A stretch of 64,000 nucleotides of DNA from an uncultured bacterium (GTDB taxonomy: Bacteria > Desulfobacterota > BSN033 > UBA1163), in contig CALLAL010000010.1 of the NCBI GenBank assembly GCA_938002255.1, forward strand, positions 2,117 to 66,116, read 5' to 3'. How positions within the stretch are numbered: position 1 is the stretch's first letter; the number at the start of each line of letters is the position of its first letter. The position numbers were made by a program, and so were the translations under genes. Under the pieces are notes generated by a model. That model ran no database searches. It had not been told where the DNA came from and was given only the letters and a program-made list of their open reading frames with translations. This document shows, piece by piece, positions 56,455 through 63,960 of this stretch.

Positions 56455-57531
56455 ATGGGTATGTTCGAGGATGATCACCCTCTAAAGGGAGAGATGTTTC
56501 AAATTCTTAAACCGGATGGGACGCTTCAATCGGGAATGAAACCACCGTTGAGCGACCAGGAGACGTTCCACCTCTACCAGAAGATGGTTTTCATCCGCCT
56601 GGCCGATCAGAGGGCGTTGATGCTTCAACGACAGGGGCGGATGGGAACCTATGCACCTATCTGGGGTCAAGAAGCCTGTCAGGTCGGGAGTGCTGTCCTT
56701 CTTCAAAGAGAAGATTGGATCTTTCCCGCCTTCAGAGAACTTGGAGCCACTCTGATGATGGGGATTCCCCTCAAGACGATCTATCTCTACTGGATGGGTT
56801 ATGAGGAAGGAAGTCGGGCCCCACAAGGGATTAATGTGTTACCGGTTTCCATACCTGTTGGAACCCATCCTCTTCACGCGGTGGGCACAGCATGGGCGGC
56901 AAAAATCAGAGGAGATCAGATTGTGACGGTTGCCTATTTTGGTGATGGGGCGACCTCCAAAGGTGATTTTCATGAGGCCATGAACTTCGCAGGAGTCTTT
57001 AGAACGCCGACAATCTTCTTCTGCCAGAACAACCAGTTTGCCATTTCCGTTCCAAGAAAGATTCAGACCGCCTCCAAGACGATTGCTCAGAAGGCAATTG
57101 CCTATGGGATGGATGGAATTCAGGTGGACGGAAATGATCTGTTCGCTGTTTATGCTGTGACCAAAGAAGCGATTCACAAAGCCCGTTCTGGAGGAGGAGC
57201 CACACTCATCGAGGGAGTCACCTATCGGTTTGGTCCTCACACCACAGCGGATGATCCAACAAAATACCGCAAGGAAGAAGAGATCGAATTCTGGAAACCC
57301 CTTGACCCCCTGATCAGGCTTGAGCTTTACCTTCAGGGGAGAGGTCTCTGGAGCGAGGAAATTAAAAAACGAATCACAGACGAAGCCCAGAAAGAAATCG
57401 ATCAAGCCGTCAATGAGGCTGAAGCGCTTCCGATCCCTGAGGCAGAAGAGATATTTAAGTATGTCTTTTCGGAGATGACGCCTCCATTGAAAGAACAGAT
57501 GGAATATTTAAAAGGGACCCTGTCATCCTAA
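56455..57531 (+). CDS. pdhA: 2-oxoacid (pyruvate/branched-chain/acetoin type) dehydrogenase E1 alpha subunit
   Basis: ThDP motif GDGATSKGDF...NN and YRFGPHTTADDPTKYR. Start chosen at ATG 56455 (GGAG SD); the track's start at 56431 lies inside the palindrome. Confidence 0.85.
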   Translation: MGMFEDDHPLKGEMFQILKPDGTLQSGMKPPLSDQETFHLYQKMVFIRLADQRALMLQRQGRMGTYAPIWGQEACQVGSAVLLQREDWIFPAFRELGATLMMGIPLKTIYLYWMGYEEGSRAPQGINVLPVSIPVGTHPLHAVGTAWAAKIRGDQIVTVAYFGDGATSKGDFHEAMNFAGVFRTPTIFFCQNNQFAISVPRKIQTASKTIAQKAIAYGMDGIQVDGNDLFAVYAVTKEAIHKARSGGGATLIEGVTYRFGPHTTADDPTKYRKEEEIEFWKPLDPLIRLELYLQGRGLWSEEIKKRITDEAQKEIDQAVNEAEALPIPEAEEIFKYVFSEMTPPLKEQMEYLKGTLSS

Positions 57532-57550
57532 AATTTATACGGGAGCCTAT

Positions 57551-58528
57551 ATGCCCAAACTCAACATGGTTGAAGCGATTAATCTTGCCCTTCGGGAAGA
57601 GATGGAGAAAGATGATCGTATTATTATTTTAGGTGAAGATGTGGGGCGAGAAGGCGGGGTCTTCCGTGTAACCGATGGGCTTCAGGCGAAGTTCGGTGAG
57701 CAACGGGTGGTCGATACCCCTCTTGCAGAAACAGGAATCGTCGGGACAGCTATGGGGATGGCTCTCTATGGACTGAGGCCAGTGGCAGAGATTCAATTTG
57801 ATGGCTTTCTCTACCCCTGTCTTGATCAGATTACCAATCACATCGGAAGGATTCGGAATCGGTCAAGAGGCCGTTTTACCTGTCCTCTGGTCATCCGGGT
57901 TCCCTATGGAGGTGGCATTCATGCTCCTGAGCATCATTCGGAAAGCCCGGAGGCAATCCTGGCCCACACACCGGGAATTAAAGTGGTGATTCCCTCCACT
58001 CCTTTTGAAGCAAAAGGATTACTCGTCTCTTCCATCCGTGATCCTGATCCTGTGATCTTTCTTGAACCCAAACGGATCTATCGGGCGATTCGAGAAGATG
58101 TCCCGGAAGGAGATTATACCATCCCTCTGGGAAAAGCCCGACTGGTTCAAGAAGGTAAGGATGTAACAGCCATTGCTTGGGGAGCGATGGTGAGAGAGGT
58201 TTTAAATGCGGCGGAGGAGTTAAAAAGGGATAAGATTGATCTGGAGGTTATAGATCTCAGGACCATCTCCCCTATGGATGTGGATGCTATCACCACATCA
58301 GTCAAAAAAACTGGAAAGGCGGTCATCGTCCATGAGGCCCCCAGGACCTGTGGTTTAGGGGCAGAGATTATTGCCTTGATCAATGAAAAGGCTTTTCTTT
58401 CCCTTCAAGCTCCCATCGAACGAGTGACCGGGTTTGATGTCCCTGTTCCTTTATTGAAGTCTGAACATTACTATCTTCCCAATCCTAAAAGAATAGTGGT
58501 GGCTGTGAAGAAGGTGATGAGTTTCTGA
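57551..58528 (+). CDS. pdhB: 2-oxoacid dehydrogenase E1 beta subunit
   Basis: 325 aa of the transketolase-like pyrimidine-binding family (VVDTPLAETGIVG). Confidence 0.9.
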   Translation: MPKLNMVEAINLALREEMEKDDRIIILGEDVGREGGVFRVTDGLQAKFGEQRVVDTPLAETGIVGTAMGMALYGLRPVAEIQFDGFLYPCLDQITNHIGRIRNRSRGRFTCPLVIRVPYGGGIHAPEHHSESPEAILAHTPGIKVVIPSTPFEAKGLLVSSIRDPDPVIFLEPKRIYRAIREDVPEGDYTIPLGKARLVQEGKDVTAIAWGAMVREVLNAAEELKRDKIDLEVIDLRTISPMDVDAITTSVKKTGKAVIVHEAPRTCGLGAEIIALINEKAFLSLQAPIERVTGFDVPVPLLKSEHYYLPNPKRIVVAVKKVMSF

Positions 58529-58571
58529 CCAGTTGAATGTATATCTTTGGCATTGTTTTTTAGGAGGTTTT

Positions 58572-59828
58572 ATGGCTTTTGAATTCAGGTTTCCAGACAT
58601 CGGTGAGGGTTTGACCGAAGGCGAGATTGTGCGTTGGCTGGTGCAGGAAGGGGATGAAGTGAGAGAGGGTCAGCCCCTAGTGGAAGTCGAAACCGACAAA
58701 GCTCTTGCGGAAATCCCTTGTCCTAAAACAGGGGTTATCCTGAAAATTTTGGCAAAAGAAAAAGAAATCGTAAAAGTCGGACAGGTCATTGTCATTATCG
58801 GGGAACAGGGAGAATTTTTTGCCGCACCTCCTGAGAAACCTAAATCCGTTGGAGTCGTAGGAGAGCTGGAAGAAGCTCCTGAAGAAATTCCTGCAGCTGA
58901 CATGAAGACTGAACCTGTTAAACCTGCCTTTGTCAGCGAACATGTTCTAGCAACCCCTGCAGTTCGAGGATTGGCGAAGGAATTGGGAGTCGATATCCAC
59001 CAGATCAGAGGATCCGGCCCGGAGGGGAGGGTCCTTGAAAAAGATGTTCGAGAGTTTGCCAACAATCAAAAAAAACCTCCAGAACCAGAGAAGAAAATCA
59101 CCAAAGTGAAGAAGTATGATCTTTATGGATACGTCGATCGAATTCCATTAAGAGGCGTGAGACGATCCATTGCCAAGGCAATGGTGAAATCCAAATACAC
59201 AGCTCCTCATGTCACAACCATCGATGAGGCAGATGTCACAGCGTTGTGGAAGATCAGAGAAAAGGAAAAAAAGGTAGCTGAAAAGAAAGGGATAAAATTG
59301 ACGATCCTTCCCTTTATTATCAAGGCGGTCATCGCTGGCTTGATAGAGCATCCCTATCTCAATGCCACCTTAGACGATGAAAATGAAGAGATCATTTTAA
59401 AAAAATATTTCAATATCGGAGTGGCAACAGATACACCTGAGGGACTCATGGTTCCCGTGGTGAAGAACGCAAAAGATAAATCCATCCTTCAGATTGCAGA
59501 GGAATTGACGCAATTGGTTGAAAAAGCGAGAAACCGAACGATTGATCTCGCTGACCTTAAAGGTGGGACCTTTACCCTCACCAATTTCGGTGCTTTGGGG
59601 GGGATCTATGGTACCCCCATCATCAACCATCCTGAAGTTGCCATTCTTGGGGTAGGAAAAATAAAAGAGATGCCGGTGGTCAGAAATGGGAGGATGGTCG
59701 TTCGAAAGATTCTCCCCCTGTCCCTTTCTTTTGATCACCGGGTGGTTGATGGAGCAGAAGGAGCGCGATTTTTGAACACCGTCATTGCCCGACTCGAAGA
59801 TCCGGACCTGATCCTTCTGGAGACCTGA
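58572..59828 (+). CDS. Dihydrolipoamide acyltransferase E2 (one lipoyl domain)
   Basis: Start at ATG 58572 (AGGAGG SD). Lipoyl-lysine motif VETDKA, an E3-binding domain and the catalytic motif SFDHRVVDGA. Confidence 0.9.
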   Translation: MAFEFRFPDIGEGLTEGEIVRWLVQEGDEVREGQPLVEVETDKALAEIPCPKTGVILKILAKEKEIVKVGQVIVIIGEQGEFFAAPPEKPKSVGVVGELEEAPEEIPAADMKTEPVKPAFVSEHVLATPAVRGLAKELGVDIHQIRGSGPEGRVLEKDVREFANNQKKPPEPEKKITKVKKYDLYGYVDRIPLRGVRRSIAKAMVKSKYTAPHVTTIDEADVTALWKIREKEKKVAEKKGIKLTILPFIIKAVIAGLIEHPYLNATLDDENEEIILKKYFNIGVATDTPEGLMVPVVKNAKDKSILQIAEELTQLVEKARNRTIDLADLKGGTFTLTNFGALGGIYGTPIINHPEVAILGVGKIKEMPVVRNGRMVVRKILPLSLSFDHRVVDGAEGARFLNTVIARLEDPDLILLET

Positions 59829-59868
59829 AAAGGAGACCGAAGAAATTTCTTGGTGGCGTGTAGGGGCG

Positions 59869-60732
59869 TTATTGGAGGACTTTGAAGTTGAGACTGGCTA
59901 ACACCTGATCGCCGTCTCTGGCTTCGGCTTTCCAGTTTCCAGTGTGTTGCGGTCGGAAGGTTAAATAACTGAAGACGGACCAGACAGGAGGTTTGACCTC
60001 CATTTCGATTCGATGGTATTCTTTCCCTTCAAATAGCCATACATGAGCAATTCTTTTTATTTCGGAAGTCTTAAACCTTGTAAAGAAATAACCTCTTTGA
60101 TGATTGGAGTGAAAGGTTGAAACATTCCCGGTGAGAACCTGACGGTCGTTCTCTTTATCAATTTCTGTTCCAAGACCTGCTTCAAGGATTTCAAAAGCCG
60201 AGGCTGACTGAATTTCCTCTTCAACCATAACTTGATGGAGTGGCATAGATTCAGAATCTTCGATGGGCAGCGGCTCTTCTTCACGCTGAATTGCCGTGGC
60301 AGGTGCTACGGAGAAGAAAGGTGAAGAAGCTAATTCTACCTTAGGAGGGGTGGAAAGAAGATAGGTTGCCAAAAAGATGATGGAGAGTACGAGGACTGCT
60401 ACAAAGATAGATGCCAGCAGAAACCGTTTCCTTTTAGGAAGAGTAGGGAGAGGGGTGTCATCAACTGGCAGGGTTTGGGGCTCGGGCGGAAGAAGGCTTT
60501 TCAAATAATCTTCGTAGAGAGAAAGGATGTTTTTTTCATCAAGGGATAGGTATCGGGAATAACTTTTTAAATAACCTTTTACATAGAGGGAATGAGGGAG
60601 AAGATCATACCTTTCCTCTTCGATGGCTTTTAGATAATGTTCTTTTATTTTGGTAAAGGCGCAGATTTTTTCAAGGGGGATGCTTCGACTCTCTCTTTCC
60701 CTTCTTAAAATTTTTCCAGGTGATTCAAGCAT
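59869..60732 (-). CDS. RodZ-like HTH membrane protein with a DUF2914-like C-terminal domain
   Basis: 287 aa. N-terminal HTH (GKILRRERESRSIPLEKICAFTKIKEHYLKAIE), one TM and a beta-rich C-terminal domain. Confidence 0.5.
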   Translation of the reverse strand: MLESPGKILRRERESRSIPLEKICAFTKIKEHYLKAIEEERYDLLPHSLYVKGYLKSYSRYLSLDEKNILSLYEDYLKSLLPPEPQTLPVDDTPLPTLPKRKRFLLASIFVAVLVLSIIFLATYLLSTPPKVELASSPFFSVAPATAIQREEEPLPIEDSESMPLHQVMVEEEIQSASAFEILEAGLGTEIDKENDRQVLTGNVSTFHSNHQRGYFFTRFKTSEIKRIAHVWLFEGKEYHRIEMEVKPPVWSVFSYLTFRPQHTGNWKAEARDGDQVLASLNFKVLQ

Positions 60733-61156
60733 AAACTTTTTTTAAAATTTGGTTTATTAAAATAATTTAAATCCAATTTTTAATACAGCAATTTTTGTGC
60801 CACATCAAAAAATATGTAATCCTTTGAAATCTTTAGCTTCTCTTTATTTAAAACGGGTAACCCATGTTCAAATCCGCCCAAATATTGACCAAAAAATGAC
60901 AATTTGTCAAATGAGATTAAATTGGTATTCGAGTAAAACAAGAAGTATTTTCTGATATATTCTCCCCCACTCCTGATGTTGAAGAAAGAACTCTGTTCAC
61001 AAGGGGTCAATGTGCGAGTGCCCGAAAGGTACCTGCCTACACGCCGCAGTGCATTACGGCACTGAGGTGGGGTAACTTCAAAAAAAAAGATCGAGAGGGC
61101 TTCGGTTTCCTTGCCATGACCCTTTCTAAATCGGGATCTTGAATTTTCAGACCCCC

Positions 61157-61186
61157 TTGACAAAGAGGGCCCGAAGCGTTTAATAT
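61157..61186 (+). promoter_or_regulatory. Sigma70-type promoter of the hgc operon
   Basis: TTGACA, 18 nt spacer, TAATAT. It is followed by the inverted repeat TTCTGATA-N18-TATCAGAA (61194-61227). Confidence 0.5.
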
Positions 61187-61250
61187 GTTATTATTCTGAT
61201 ATTTCTGACAAATCAATTTTATCAGAAAAAACCTTTTTCGGAGGAGCGGA

Positions 61251-61517
61251 ATGGCCAAAAGGAATCCGAAGCCCGCTGGGGGGAGGGTAGAGAAGGAAGA
61301 AAGGCCTTGCTGTAAGGTTGAGTCCATCGTCAGCATAGACGAACGGGGGCAAATGGTCCTCCCGAAAGAGCTGCGAGAGCGGGCCAGAATTAAACCTGGA
61401 GATAAACTGGCCCTGATCAGCTGGGATAAAGGGGGAGAAATCTGCTGTTTCTATTTAATCAAGGCGGAGTCTCTCGGAGAACGGGTGAGAGATTTCCTTG
61501 GGCCCATGACGGTATGA
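61251..61517 (+). CDS. Small SpoVT/AbrB-domain DNA-binding protein with two vicinal Cys pairs (hgcAB-associated)
   Basis: 88 aa. SIDERGQMVLPKELRERARIKPGDKL is a swapped-hairpin AbrB/MazE motif. CC at residues 20-21 and 65-66. GGAGGAG SD. Confidence 0.7.
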   Translation: MAKRNPKPAGGRVEKEERPCCKVESIVSIDERGQMVLPKELRERARIKPGDKLALISWDKGGEICCFYLIKAESLGERVRDFLGPMTV

Positions 61518-61619
61518 GCAAGGGAGGGAACGATGGATCTATGTTCATGCACTCCTTTCGTATCTGAAAAAGATGGAACTTATTCTTCCAACTGCTGAGT
61601 TCCATCTCCAAAAGCTCAG

Positions 61620-62681
61620 TTGAGCTTTCCTGACTTAAAACAGCCGTTTGTCATCGGTTCGATCCAAACGCCTGTAGGGATTGTTCCTCAGGTTTCCTCC
61701 TTTTTAACGCGGAAAGACCGTGTGGGGAGTTTCAAAGCTCGTTTGGGGATTAACCGTATGCATTATCTGGTTGAACCAGGGCTTTATGCCCTTGGTACTC
61801 CAAACGAAAAGTCTCCGGTTATGGTGACGGCTAATTATAAAATGAGTTTTGACCATCTTCGTCAAGCCCTGACGGGACATAATGTTTGGATTCTGGTTCT
61901 TGATACAAAAGGAATCAATGTCTGGTGCTCAGCAGGCAAGGGAACGTTTGGTACCGAAGAACTGACCAGGCGTATCCAATCAAGTGGTCTGGCTATGGTT
62001 GTTACACACCGTGAAATCATTCTCCCCCAATTGTCTGCCCCTGGTGTGGCGGCTCACGAAGTCAAAAAAATATCGGGGTTCAAAGTGATTTATGGACCGA
62101 TTCGGGCAAAAGACCTTCCGATCTTTCTTGATGCAGGATTCAAAGCAACCTCAGAGATGAGGGTGAAGACGTTTCCCCTCAGGGAAAGGATCGTCCTGAT
62201 TCCCATAGAACTTTGGCCTGCCCTTAAAGGAGGATTCATTTTTTCCTTCATCCTCTTTCTTATCGCTTTTATGTGGAGATGGGGGGAGGGCTGGACCCTC
62301 GCTTTGAATCACGCTCTCACGCCTGTTATGGCGATCTTGATTGCCATTTTTTCAGGAGCCGTTTTAACCCCTATCTTACTTCCCTGGCTGCCAGGTCGAG
62401 CTTTTTCAAGTAAAGGTGCTTGGGTTGGAATCTTTTCCTCTGTCCTCTTCCATTTTTTTCGATTAGCGTTGAGGGTTAAAATAACAGGACATCTTGAATC
62501 CATTGCGTGGTTCCTTTTGATCCCTGCGGTTTCTGCCTTCTTAGCCATGAATTTTACAGGAGCTTCAACCTTTACCTCCCTTTCTGGTGTCAAAAAAGAG
62601 ATGCGATGGGCTCTCCCGTTTCAGATTGGGGCTGGTACCATCGGGGTTATTCTCTGGCTTGGGTCTCAGTTCTTTTTGTAA
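61620..62681 (+). CDS. hgcA: Mercury methylation corrinoid protein HgcA (the reading frame may really begin at ATG 61533 with an in-frame UGA at 61596)
   Basis: PGLYALGTPNEKSPVMVTANYKMSFDHLRQAL...WILVLDTKGINVWCSAGKGTFGTEEL cap-helix region (61917-61940) plus a C-terminal domain of about 5 TM. The track's start is a TTG without an SD. Confidence 0.85.
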   Translation: MSFPDLKQPFVIGSIQTPVGIVPQVSSFLTRKDRVGSFKARLGINRMHYLVEPGLYALGTPNEKSPVMVTANYKMSFDHLRQALTGHNVWILVLDTKGINVWCSAGKGTFGTEELTRRIQSSGLAMVVTHREIILPQLSAPGVAAHEVKKISGFKVIYGPIRAKDLPIFLDAGFKATSEMRVKTFPLRERIVLIPIELWPALKGGFIFSFILFLIAFMWRWGEGWTLALNHALTPVMAILIAIFSGAVLTPILLPWLPGRAFSSKGAWVGIFSSVLFHFFRLALRVKITGHLESIAWFLLIPAVSAFLAMNFTGASTFTSLSGVKKEMRWALPFQIGAGTIGVILWLGSQFFL

Positions 62682-62693
62682 GGAGTTCGATTG

Positions 62694-63026
62694 ATGAATA
62701 CCCTGATCTATCTGAAAGATGTGGTGACCTTAAAGTTAGATGAGAAAAAATGTGTGGCCTGTGGGATGTGTTTACAGGTGTGTCCTCATAGGGTTTTCGA
62801 TTTAAACAATAGCTCTGTTAAGATCGTAAACCGGGATGCCTGCATGGAGTGCGGAGCCTGTTCCAGAAACTGTCCGACAGAGGCCTTAAGCGTTCAATCT
62901 GGGGTAGGTTGTGCGGCAGCAATGATCGATGTCTTGCTTGGGAGATCAAATTCACCCTGCTGTGGCCCAAAAGATTCTGAAAACAATTTAGCCGGATGTA
63001 CGAGTAAACCAGGAGGTTGCTGTTGA
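62694..63026 (+). CDS. hgcB: Mercury methylation ferredoxin HgcB (2x[4Fe-4S])
   Basis: CVACGMCLQVCP and CMECGACSRNCP motifs, an internal PCC and a C-terminal GGCC. AGGAG SD 8 nt before ATG 62694. Confidence 0.85.
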   Translation: MNTLIYLKDVVTLKLDEKKCVACGMCLQVCPHRVFDLNNSSVKIVNRDACMECGACSRNCPTEALSVQSGVGCAAAMIDVLLGRSNSPCCGPKDSENNLAGCTSKPGGCC

Positions 63027-63032
63027 TAAAAA

Positions 63033-63247
63033 GTAACCCCTCAGTTACGGGGTGTTTTCGGTTTAATAAAAGGGTTGGAACGTTCCCCCTCCAAAACCTT
63101 CAATAGCGGTTATCAAAGGTTACCCTCATCGGGGCTCTCATGTCCTTTGAATCGAATTTTTTTGAATCAGATTTGGTCGTTTTGACGAACAGAGTTTTTC
63201 CGAAAGAACCTCCCAACCCTTTTTTATTTCTTTAACTGAGGGGTTAC
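63033..63247 (+). mobile_element. MITE-like non-autonomous element, copy 2 (215 bp)
   Basis: Perfect 15-bp TIR GTAACCCCTCAGTTA / TAACTGAGGGGTTAC. Perfect 8-bp direct repeat GATAAAAA on both flanks (63025-63032 and 63248-63255). Confidence 0.8.
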
Positions 63248-63266
63248 GATAAAAATTAATTTTCCC

Positions 63267-63312
63267 TTGACATTTTCTTTTTTTATGGTATAAAAGGTCT
63301 ACATATGTAGAC
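63267..63312 (+). promoter_or_regulatory. lexA promoter with a candidate LexA operator
   Basis: TTGACA (63267-63272), 16 nt spacer, TGgTATAAA (extended -10), then the perfect 16-bp palindrome GTCTACATATGTAGAC (63297-63312). Confidence 0.5.
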
Positions 63313-63336
63313 TTAAATTGAATTATTTAACCAAAA

Positions 63337-63948
63337 ATGAAAAAAGAATTAACCCAAAGGCAAAAAGAACTATTGAATTTTTTAGAGGATTTTGTAAAGG
63401 ATAAGGGTTTTCCGCCAACCTTAAGAGAGATTGCCTCTCATTTTGGCCTGAAGGGGCCGAGGGGACCTCAAAAAACCCTCAATATTCTTGAACGTAAGGG
63501 ATTTATTAGAAAAACCCCTGGAGGATCGAGGGCCATTGAGATAAAGGATCTGAAATCGAAGAAGACCCTGTCGATCCCTTTGCTTGGAAGAGTAAGGGCA
63601 GGGGAGCCCATCCTTGCCATCGAAAATATAGAAGGATATTTCGAGCTGGACAAAAACCTTATCTCCTCACGAGATGTCTTTCTTTTAAGAGTTCAGGGGG
63701 ATAGCATGATCGAGGATCATATCCAGGACGGGGACTTTGCTCTGGTGAAACCTCAGGCAAATGCAGAAAATGGAGAGATTGTTGTGGCTTTGATTGAGGA
63801 TGAAGCAACCATCAAAAGAATCTTTGTGAATCAAGATCTCATCCGACTGGAACCTGCCCATCCCCACTTGGAACCTATTGTCGTGAAGAAGGGAGAAAAA
63901 GAGGTGTCCATTGTTGGAAAAGTGGTCGGAATTTTCAGGAAACTTTAA
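63337..63948 (+). CDS. lexA: LexA repressor
   Basis: 203 aa. N-terminal wHTH (FPPTLREIA), AG cleavage site (RVRAGEP), and S24 peptidase Ser (GDSM) and Lys (TIKR). Confidence 0.9.
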   Translation: MKKELTQRQKELLNFLEDFVKDKGFPPTLREIASHFGLKGPRGPQKTLNILERKGFIRKTPGGSRAIEIKDLKSKKTLSIPLLGRVRAGEPILAIENIEGYFELDKNLISSRDVFLLRVQGDSMIEDHIQDGDFALVKPQANAENGEIVVALIEDEATIKRIFVNQDLIRLEPAHPHLEPIVVKKGEKEVSIVGKVVGIFRKL

Positions 63949-63960
63949 AAAGAGTGGGTA

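Noticed and set aside
60845-60875. GTTCAAATCC string resembling a tRNA T-loop.
   Set aside because: The flanking bases cannot form a T-stem or acceptor stem, and no cloverleaf can be drawn.
60780-61336. Two overlapping minus-strand ORFs (127 aa and 99 aa) in the hgc upstream region.
   Set aside because: Non-ATG or SD-less starts and low-complexity translations. One runs through the predicted hgc promoter and into the AbrB-like gene. I treat the region as non-coding leader.
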